Below, one piece after another: positions 39,520-50,126 of a stretch of 50,126 nt of DNA. Both the position numbers and the translations under genes were made by a program. The notes beneath the pieces were generated by a model. The model was not told where the DNA came from and ran no database searches. It was given only the letters and a program-made list of their open reading frames with translations. The stretch comes from Phoronis australis (taxonomy: Eukaryota; Animalia; Phoronida), in assembly GCA_002633005.1 (NCBI GenBank), contig NMRA01001139.1, positions 1-50,126 on the forward strand. Direction: 5' to 3'. Numbering within the stretch: position 1 is the first letter of the stretch; every line of letters begins with the position of its first letter.

Positions 39520-40440
39520 TGAAAAGTGAAAGTCAATGAGATATTGCTTTTTCTGCAGAAACACGTGGCCACTAGATGCACATAATCTCGGACTAAACTT
39601 ACAACTAACACAAGACGCTACTAGTAAGTGTACTGAATAACTCTAGGCTAGCCTAAACTCTAACAACGGCTACAGGATAGGTATATCATTTGACTTAGGA
39701 ACTCAAGACTGTTAATCAGTTGTTTATAATGATGGACACAATAAAAAGCTATGTCTATACTGTTCAAAAACAAGCACTGTTGTTAAACTTTTATGATACA
39801 TGCATGGCACTCAGTTTTAGAATTTCCTGAAAGAAGAACCAGTTACTTGCACTGCAGGGCACTGTATTAGAATAACAACTATTGTTTCTAGTGGTGCTAA
39901 CTGGTTCTCGAATCAAGTATCCACAAAAGTGACTATTACCTAAACAATGCTACCGTGATAACTTCAAAATCATGAAAGTAGTAGTTTTACTCACCAGAAC
40001 CAACAGGAAAGAACACATCCATTGACATTGTTGAGTTCCTGTGGAAGTAAGTTGAATTTAGACATTTCAACCAGCATCCCCACTTCAGGCTGGGCACGCG
40101 AGCTACTGCTAATTAAATGGATGTTTGCACAGTTTACTTGGTTTCCACAGACTTCCAAGATGAGTCCGGCGTCTTGCCATTGCATTGGACGCAGTTACAC
40201 AGCCGTGACACAGGTCCGGGTAACACGCATTTTTAATTGTCCGATTCTCGCTAAAATCAGTTGCCGGATAGTCTGTAGGTGTGGTGGCTTGGTACTCATT
40301 TTATGCTGCATCAAGATTCCACACATGTGCAGAGGATATTCTGTTGATGTCCCACACACTTCATCACACTTTATCGTAACAGTTAACACTGAAGTCAGAA
40401 TCATAAGTCATTTTGCCACCACTAAAGTGACACCTGTTGT
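39520..40440 (-). pseudogene. Decayed Cys-rich N-terminal exons of a probable Sola-type transposase
   Basis: Minus-strand fragments RQLILARIG, RRTHLGSLWKPSKLCKHP and FPVGS|gtgagt, then ATCFCRK after a catctag acceptor (about 39570). Contains stops and frameshifts. Family assignment is from memory of motifs. Confidence 0.4.
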
Positions 40441-43400
40441 TGGACACTGGGTTCAAGAAACACGTGGAATTTTAATTAAAAAGGAAAAAAATACCTTATA
40501 TAAATGCTCCTGACTTAATGACACTAAACTAAATATTAGTAAACCAACTTTTGAATCAAAACTATGCACTTTACTGGTGTTGTAGTGTTCCAAAGAGGTA
40601 TCACTATTGAAGGTAATTTCTACTCAGGTGGTTGTCACAACCTAGTGATTCCTATTGGAAAATGCTCAGCGCCAGAAAATTTTATTGTACCAATCAACAG
40701 CACTAACATAGAAACGACTTGTGTAAAAGTCAGGTGTTGATAAGTGTTGTGCCAGCTGAGATATACATGTACGGGCTCAAAGTGTTGCAAAATTGCAATG
40801 CTTTGTTAAACTCTGACCTCTCTGTAATTAATGCCTGAAATTTTGAACTTAGCGGCAGAGTCAATGAGTATTGTTTAACACCTTTGTGAAGCCTTAGACT
40901 TGCTTTATTTAAAAATTACAAACAAATTATCATCTATTGCACGTTTTTTTTAATCATGTAGTGCAATAAGGCATTTTCGGTGATTTCATTTCATGGCATA
41001 CCCCCCAAAGTAGAGGTTCCCTGATTTCTCCCCCTTAAACAAGGTAAAATGAGATTGGACCTTACTGATTTGTTTGTCATCCCAAAGGTAACTAAATGCA
41101 TAGTATGGTTCAAATCGGTGACATTGGGTTTATCACCCCTCTGGGCATGTTTGCCTGCTTGGAGCCGTACTTCTCTCTTAAGTGTTTATTTTTATTGCCC
41201 TTTTAATAATATGAGGCAATCACCGGCCGTTCGTCATTTGTCAGACAGTGCTTCTTTCTGATTTGTGGGCATAGCGGTACATGTACCTGTCTTCCTTCAT
41301 AAACAACTGCAGGCTGTTGTCACGCGATCATCTGATAGTCAAGACAAGTGGCCCCCGGAGCTATTGATGCTCTTGGACGTTTGGTAGTCGTTTAAATCCC
41401 TGTATGAACGCATTTTCGTACACTACATCTGTTATGTTAAAAATGGGTGTGTGTAGACAGATATTCTAACTGAAATTTAGCTGGTGGCGGGACTCATACC
41501 CAGATGTGTTAGGAGCTTATGAGCCAAATCCTTGAGACAAAATCGAGAAAAGTTTTAAATCATCAGACTGTAGAGACAATTTGACTGCTATTCACTCCCC
41601 AGGATGCATGAAAATTGCACCATTTGGCTACAAAATCAAAAAAGAATTTCCTTACGTTGGAGGGGGAACCTTCTTCCGTTGGACCAAAATTCACTCATCT
41701 TGATGGCCAGTCAAATGGGTTAATGTCACGTTACGTGCTTTTCTTTTTTGTGGGGTAAATCGAAGTTTTAGTGGTGCTTTTATCAGCGTAAAGGAATTAT
41801 TTTCTGTGTAAATTATCATTTAACGACCAAAAGTAACTATTTGCGACGTCAAGTTACATTACACTGATACGCCGTTTGTAATTACATTACGCCGCTAACA
41901 AGAAATAATTACGTGTGTAACGTCCACCTATTTGGCCAACCTTTCAACTCAGCCGTCATCACGTCGTACACTGTATGTTTATTAAAAAGCGTTTAACGCA
42001 AATGAAGCGGTTTGGAGGTACGTGACATCAGGTGTGGCTGTCAGTCGTTACAATCTTTTCAAGGCGTCACCTACAGGGTAACGTGCCATGCCAAATAATG
42101 ACGAACGGTACACATAATTCCTCTGAGTTGTACCAATGGCTATGTTATATTACATTGTGTTAACAGGAACAGGCCGGGAATCAGTGTTAAAAGAACCGTT
42201 TTGTTTTTCTGTTTGACTCCTTTGTCAACTAAATTGGTTATCTTTGAGGCATTATGCATACATGTATGTTCACTACACCTTACCTCTTGTTCTTTTGATA
42301 ATATTGTTTAAAATAACTTTTAAATTTCATGGAATTGCGCAGTCGGTTAAATACTGAATGACTTTTAATGAGTCACCTTAACTCGCATTATGTACCTCGG
42401 GAGCTGACTACAGGACAGTCTGAAAAGCCAATACATGTAGCTGCAAATCTTGAAAATTCAGTCAATAGCTTTGAATCCAGAAATATTGGTTTCAACAGGC
42501 CTTCACTCCAGTCCAAGTAAATGGAAACGCAGATGAATCGGTTTGTTTACCACACCTTAGTACACTTTCAAAGAGATGCATGAAACCGTATGCTGTGCAC
42601 TACTGTACCTAATTACATGCGCGTGTGACGAAACCGTAATCTGGTGTGCTGTGCAGTTTATGCAACAATTCCGATGGATTTTCATCTTCCTGACGTCGAA
42701 TTCAGCCAAACAGTGCTAGAGATAACATAGATAGGTTCGAATGTCAAGACCACGTACAGGTACACATGTGATTAAGTACTAGTCCACGAGAGCACCAGCC
42801 ACCCAGCGGCAAGGTGGGGGTCAGTCGATTTTCACCACATTTACATGTAGCACATTGGTAGTCCTATGGGATCTAAAAACAGCGGTAAAATATTTCCTCA
42901 AAATATTGCGTTTTTCTAAAGTTATAGGATCAAAAACATTTTACGGCTTCGCAGCCATGTTTTCGCGGTATAAAAACTGTCAAAGCTATTGATTTATTAT
43001 TGACTTTGCATTGATTAGTGGTGCCTATAGATTGTTACACAGATGTCTTGAAACAGGATTCCGATTTACCACACTCACTTAATAGTTTTACTGCACTGCC
43101 CCCCCCCCCACCCCGTTATGCCATTTTGAGGTAGTGTTCAGTACACTGCTGTACCAAATCTGCCCCCACTGCTATGAGAATGAAACTTAGCCAAAATGTT
43201 GACAAAACATGTTACTTTCATTGTATAAAATAGAAACTTTGTCAGCCAGTATATTTTGGCACCTCAAATGTACTAAAATGAGAAATGTCTGAGATCGATG
43301 CGTGATCACCGTAAAATCCGATTGCCCTTCATGTTTTTCGATATTTTGCAACAAGTTAGTTCCTCCTGAATGTTTTGAACGTTTTACTACTGATCACTTA

Positions 43401-44038
43401 GAGCTACAGTACGCCTAAATACCATTCCTGGCTCCATTTTGTAAAATGCCGATTATGTCCTCCACAGTGAACAGGGTTAGACATGAACTCAACAAATGTA
43501 GGTTATTTTGATTAACAGTTGTTATACCTTGCAATTTCCTCATGGGTATTTATTCACACATATTTAAGTCAGATTTTCTGTTGATCAAATGTTCATGCAA
43601 TGCATTTTAATATCAAATGAATGATAAGTTTGGTGGCATGACCCCAATTTTTCCCACGACTTAAAACAAAAGACCGCAGAAATTTTCCTGACGAAATACC
43701 GGGTTTGCAGTTCTCTAAAAACATTCGAATGACAAGACAAACTCTACCACTGTGCGTGGCAATTCGTCGCATGTTTTTCTTCCATCGGTTCTATCATTGT
43801 TTTCCTTTGTTGTGTCATTGTTGGATATAACAACACAGGTCGCATGGATATAGAACATTGCGTACATCAAACCGTTGCCGATAAGTGCTCGTCATTATAT
43901 CTTTATTATAACAACGGGAACAATGAAGAAGTCTATACCCATTTCCTGAAAAGAGCCCTGTATAAGGTTCCAGAAGCCTTTTTTAGTAAAAGTTGGGAAC
44001 AAGACTTTTTCACACAATCAAGGCATAACAAATTCAGC

Positions 44039-46958
44039 TAACCCTGTTCCCAAGCCGAATTTTGCATTTTACCATCTAATTAACATAAACAAAATGGCGG
44101 CCAAATTTTCAAGTTCAGATGTATTTTTGTAATAGAAGTCACAATATACCATTTAAAATGGTGAAATGTCTCACCAGTACACTTCTTATAAGTACTGCGT
44201 GAGCAATAGATCACTTATGAAAACTGAAAAATGCAACTCTAAAAACTAATTGTGCAAATTAGGTGCCGCCATTAGCATACAATGTAATTTGCGTCTTGGG
44301 TTTGTGCTCCTGCAGGCTAACTTGAAAAATGAGGTGTTAATACTTATATTTTCATGGTCAACAAACATGCTAAAGACATTTTGGAGCAATTTATTTGATA
44401 TTTATTGGGTTATAGATGTATACTTACAGAATGTGGAAAAAATAGTCATTAATCTGCAATGCTCGTCAAGCAAGGTGTCACTAGTTTGACGGAATTTAAG
44501 GACAAATGTTCACACTATCCCGATAACTTCCATTCATAAAAAACACTTTAGTTATTGTTATTGAAGACATTAGATTCTCTGTTGCATGAATTGTTTTCAG
44601 GCCTGTTGGACACAGTTTTAGCATTCACTTTTGAGTACTTTTCAACATGCCTGAAGCCAGGCATATCAAACTGTTTGCATACAAGGAATCTGATCATGAA
44701 TGTGCTGCTGGCATGTGCATAATAGTATGCATCGAAATCCAGATTTCTTGCATCTGCATTGTCTACTGTTGCGTTGTTTCTGGCATGCACACAATACAAT
44801 CTCTAGGCAACTATCTGGGATTTTACTCTGTCATCAGCATGGGCTGCAAGCATAAGTTTGTGTGTGTCCCTCCCATATCAGAGGGTGCTGGGAGCTCAGG
44901 TATGGAACAATGATCATTTTGCCATGCCTTGACCTGATAGTGCACTCTCATCAGGTGGAAACGGCGGGCATTATGCGTTGGGGGAAGGACTTCTGGGTTC
45001 ACGGGCTTGGAGAATAGTAAATGGCGTGCTACATCTACAGGTCTGTTCTAGTCGTGTTGTTTATTTTGCAGAAAAATACTTCTGAAGCCACCGTAATTTT
45101 CTCAGTGAGTTCACCAAATGACGAGGTTCTAAAGCAATCTGTGATACTCTAGGAACACCTTCCATAATGATTGTTTCATGTGATTGGCAAAGTACGAGTT
45201 GGTGCCAAACCCGGTCACGGCATGAAAAGCTAACAAGGATGTTGCTGAGTCTCGTAGTAGTTTGCTGAAAAGTGCTTCAATAGGTATATATGACATCAGT
45301 CAGATATGCTCACATTGCATTTATCGGAAGTGCGATACCAGAAGCAGTCGAACATCGGGTGTCCCTGGAAAACACGACTGACTGTGGACAGCATGCTGTA
45401 CCAGTCTTGCATCTGCTTATTCATGTGTGAATTTCAGAGTCCTCAAATCAGTCATGTGCTTAGATGCTTTAATTGACTTCCAGCTCGTCTTTGAACCGTC
45501 CTGCAACCATAACTTCTTTATCTCCAGGTGTCTACAAACACAGTTCCTCTGACAAGAAATGTGCTAGGTCTGCTTTATTCTCAGCCAGTGCCGCAAATTT
45601 GACCAGTTTTGAGGAAGAGTTACATCACGGCCTTCCAAAAATCACCTGAATTGCCGTCTTCCTTTACTGCGCTGTTTTCTTGTTGTCTCCTTCCTTGTTT
45701 CTTGTCTGTATGGTCAAATACAATATCAATTTTATGATATCAAAATCCTGTGTTTAGCACTGTTTTCATGAATGAATCAGCCAGATTTTCGAAGATCACA
45801 TCACCATCAGGCTTCCCAAGAGTTACCAGCAATGCTTCAATATCAATAATGAGGCAAGCGGACGTGTCATGAAGCTGAATTGTTTCAGGACAGTAGATAT
45901 GATAGCTATCCAGTGCGCACTGTGCCACTCGTTTTTGCAAGACAACATGGACTGGAAGAAGCTCGCGTTTGAGCACAGACGGCAAATCAACTGGCCGACC
46001 CGCCTCATAAGCCGTAGCTAGACAGCGAAGTACATCCCTGTCTGCCTTAAGAACTATTTTCTTATCTTTATCTTTGGTTTGTTTCACCACATCATATAAG
46101 TTGGCAAATGTTGGGGCATTATTTTTGCGCATATGTGCATGAATTGACATGATTGAATTATAGCATTGCTCAATGATAATCTGTCTTGGACAAATTTCTT
46201 AATTTGTTCGTGTCCAAGTTCCTTGGTATGCAAAATTGACTTTTGGATTGATGCTGTTGCTAGGTCTTTTATTGCAAGGGTTTGTAGCAGCTAAGGCCTT
46301 GCGGAGGAGAAGACCTTCAATCTATCGAAAGTGTGAAGAAGGAAACTCTCGACATTATTTTCGCACAGTTTCCTAGCTTTCGTGGCTTCCTTGTGAAACT
46401 AGGTACTCCCACAGCGGTAAGTTTGTTCAGCTACTGTATATCGTTGATCTTCATTGTACTTCCGTCGTGTTCAATCCATCATTACATTTACGCTTTCTTT
46501 CACAACCAATGATTGTGGTACATACCTGTCGATCTATCGCTGTATTTACATATTTCTGCCACCTGATTGGCTGGCATCGAAAGACTAATTGACAACTTGG
46601 AGCCATCCGTTGGCTTGCAAATGGGTGGAAATGTCAAAATATTCCCTGCGTTACTTACTTTGTTCCAGCTTGTCTTCACTGGAAGAAGAGGACGTACAGA
46701 AAAGGGTGACATCGCTCTGGATACCTTTTCGATGCCCATGGGTTCTTGCTCAGGCCATTAACTAGAGGTTTTGCGAGTTTTATCGTCTCAGTGAATCCGT
46801 TATGCATTGGACAAAGATAAAGAACAATGTCAACAGCATAGTAGTAGATTTTACTGTTACTACTAACAACGATAATAATGAAATTACTGATCATTTCAGG
46901 TTTCATTCTGAATAAAAGCAGTGACGGATCGAGAGAGAGCAAACGGGGTCATTCCCCA
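44039..46958 (-). mobile_element. Decayed Academ (AcademX-like) DNA transposon: XPG/FEN1-like nuclease plus C-terminal Cys-rich region
   Basis: Minus-strand motifs in order: SILHTKELGHEQIKKFVQDRL, THE*ADARLVQHA (about 45390-45430), LLAFHAVTGFGTNSYF (about 45190-45237), PEVLPPTHNARRFHLMRVHYQVKAW (about 44922-44997), CQKQRNSRQCRCKKSGFRCILLCTC (about 44710-44785). Many stops; truncated by the gap. Left boundary uncertain. Confidence 0.75.
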
Positions 46959-46992
46959 NNNNNNNNNNNNNNNNNNNNNNNNNNNNNNNNNC
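46959..46992. other. Assembly gap (N run)
   Basis: Run of N. Confidence 0.99.
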
Positions 46993-47778
46993 ACCCCCAC
47001 CCCCTAACTAAACATCATGGATCCCCCTTCAAAGCGCTTTACGTAATGACTTAAGAAGTACGTAGCCAACGTTGCCAAGTAGCCATGTGTTTCTTTGTTA
47101 GATTAAAGGTTTGTGCAGACTACGATTAGAGGTTGCTTTATTTACGACAGTCACTAGACACCAACTACCGCGGTATACGCGCTTTTTGACTGTATCATTG
47201 GGTAACGCGGGCCTACACCCAGAGAGTAAGTATGTGAAGGGCTTGAAATCGGTCATCGAACAACAGAGCAGAAGATAGCTTTGTTTTCGGATCTTTTGCC
47301 ATAGGTGTGGTTCGTCTATGCACACTTTGGTTATGGATTGGTGAATCAACGCGTATGTGATGTGTGCGTTTTCATTCTTTCAATTACCGTATACGTAACT
47401 TTAATAAAGAGTCCTCCGTCGTTGTTTAAAAAGTAAGTACATGTATGCCACAACTGTGTTTTCTTTCACACTAAAAAATCCCACCGACGAGCATGTTCAC
47501 ATGAAGGAAAAATATTTAGACCTCATAAAACTCTTCAGTCAAGGAAGAAAAGTGTTCTCCTTCAAGGTATTGCCAGTGGTGCACAACGTGGCAGACTTCA
47601 TCCGAGCAACCAACTTGATGAAGAGATTTCCAATGTTACACATCACTAATCCTAAGTTTCACACTTACGAAACCAGGTTCCAAAGTCCGACTCTGAATGT
47701 CTGCTATTCAGGCGGAACAGACATTCATAAAATATTGCATTTGTGTTCACTGGGTAAACATTCAAAGGCTTTGCCTAT

Positions 47779-48530
47779 TGTCACGCTTTCCCCGTGTGTG
47801 GGTGGGCGCAGGTTGTTACAGACCGGTGCTAATAGCTTTCGGTGCGAAGATTGACTGAAGACTGGTTCGAGTTAATCCTTCATTAATCCTAACGGAATGC
47901 TCACAAGCCTACTCAAACAAAACGTCTGACGTAATGTCTGTTTACGTTCCTGCCAGTGCTACGAAGCCTTGACTTGTGATGAACTTCTGAGACACGTTCA
48001 GCAACTGTTACACTCGTCGATTCAATAACCTGCTGTCTCTATAGCTGGCTCTCTATTGACAATCGCTGTAACTGCTGATTCTCTTCACTGCAACTCAACT
48101 GTAGTTCTCCTGATGAACTTTCTTGAACTGGCTTGATCTCACTTGATCTCCCGACTTGATCTTCCTAACACAAACCCGTGCTTGTGTATTTATAGCCTAA
48201 TGCATTATTCTGGAACTTTTCATCAATTCAAGCACATTCTAGAACTTTCCAGAATCTACCCAACCATTCTACAAACATGTTCTACTCTCTAGAATATTCC
48301 GGACTACATTAATCACTGTCATGCTAGATTCTTCTAGAAAGTTCCACACTATACCGTAGTAAACAAATTACATCATCACTGTTCTGACCTCAGTCTTCTA
48401 GAAAGTTCCACACTATTTTGCAGTAAACAAATTACATCATCACTGTACTTAACTCAGGGGTCATGCCAATCAAACTGAATGACAAAACAAAACACTACAA
48501 CTAAAAATACTGTCAGACTATATTCTGACA
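47779..48530 (-). mobile_element. Solo LTR (about 750 bp)
   Basis: TGTCA...TGACA termini, near-perfect 5-bp TSD (CCTAT/CATAT), minus-strand TATAAA at about 48190, internal duplication at about 48330-48446. Ends in tattctgaca like the 27368-28267 LTR. Confidence 0.65.
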
Positions 48531-50126
48531 CATATGTTGAATACCTGGTAGCTCTTGAAACTCTGATTCATTGTGTGGGAATGAGCTCACTACCAATCAC
48601 GCGCAATCTTAATTGTCGAATCGGAAATGACGCATTTCCCAACAGGGACAGCATCTGGGGCATGGAAAAGTTCTATTTCTTGGATGCGGCGACTTACGGG
48701 CGCCCTTGAAGTTGGTAACACAGGAAGTGACTCTCTGACTTCGTGAAGACTGGCATTGATAGGGTAACCTACTACATTTACTTCCGAACCTGCTGTGGGT
48801 GAGGCTGAAACGCAACGAATAATCTTTTGAGACGCTCTGTGATAGTTCATTCATGAGATAGATTAATGTTAGTGAACGCATCAGGGTTGATAATTCACCA
48901 ATAATCCGTATTCATTGTTCAGTATTTATATGAAATTCTTTGGTGTCGAGTTTCACAAGCGCGTGAAACCCAAACAGTTTAAGTGTATTAATAACCGGGC
49001 GTTGTTCTCGGTAAAGTACATAGGTACCCACTGTGTCTAAATCGAAATGTGTGCATCTTTCCATGTGCAAGTATAAAACTTACACTTCAGTCCGGAATTT
49101 TGTAAACTTTGAGTAATGCCTTTGGATTGAAGGGCTGTTCTCATTTCAATATAGGCCTAAGTAACCTGGCATAAAGTTAATCAAATCATCCTCTGCCAAT
49201 TTTTTCCTTCTGAGAAAGTGATAGAGAATAATCACAATTATGAAAGCACGGGTGGTTCAAAATTTGGCAGAGGGTATCGTTTACCAATCCACAAAAGGTG
49301 CTCTATAGGCCACAATGCGTCCACAATTGCGTCACGCTTTGGCGAGTATTCGTGGTTTCCTCATTTCTGAGAGTTGGTTAAGGAATTCCGTCTCATCTAA
49401 GGAATATGATGGCGACATCCTGTTGCTCCCAACTTGTTCGATTCTATAGCCCAACAACAAGTTGGGAAGTTTACCCCCGTAGCCAATATCTTACGCAACT
49501 GATTAACTCCATTCTGGCATTTATGGTTGGAGGGCCTGCGCTCTTTTGTTCGATAATTGCGCTAATCTCCGATCAGATCCTATCTAGCCTGACTGGGCTG
49601 GTCTGATAAAAATGATAGTTAAACTATAACACATTTGAGCTTAAACCAATAGCATTTCTGAATTCTTCGCCAAATGCTGATCATGTTAAGTTTTTGAATC
49701 ACCAAAATCGCCAACAACAACAGAATTCAAGACAATCTATTCTGTCCAAACGGATTGCCAACGCACTGGGTTAGACTATGTTCTAAATATGCGTTCAGTA
49801 ATAGCGTGCAACCACCATCATACGTTTCATTTGAAGCCTGGTAGATAACTGGCCTGCTTGTTATCATACGGGACAAAAGACTGAGCTGGGCAGTTAACAA
49901 AAGAGCCAGATGTTATCGCACGTGCACCACCCCTCACGTCTGGAAATGTAACTGAACGACAGAACGCTGTTATGACTGGAAGTCACCAAGAGTCATTATG
50001 GTGCATACATGTGCATGTATGATCCTGATGATGTCTAATGAGTAGACGAAACGTTGACTGAACATGGACTTTTTTACTTGTGTGGCGAACGTCCGGTTTT
50101 TTAGATTGTGTAACCTTTTGAGCAGA

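Overview
Eukaryotic, AT-rich, repeat-laden genomic DNA with two assembly gaps (N runs at about 36024-36824 and 46959-46992). It looks like a marine invertebrate, but that is inference. Most ORFs in the supplied track are spurious. Reading splice sites by hand gives one 12-exon + strand gene (4825-31411, about 610 aa, all intron phases compatible). Its architecture is four ankyrin repeats plus a capping repeat, a ZU5 domain, a UPA-like region and a C-terminal death effector domain (DED), i.e. a PIDD/ankyrin/UNC5-like death-fold signalling protein. Each ankyrin repeat sits on its own phase-0 exon. Two of these exons are a recent cassette duplication whose 9 nucleotide differences are all non-synonymous and lie on the ankyrin ligand-binding surface, suggesting a diversifying innate-immune sensor. 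The rest is introns and intergenic DNA containing a Harbinger MITE, Helentron-associated (HINE-like) elements, two solo LTRs, an ISL2EU-like element, a decayed AcademX-like transposon, a possible Sola-like relic and local tandem duplications. No prokaryotic genes, CRISPR arrays, rRNA or tRNA genes were seen.
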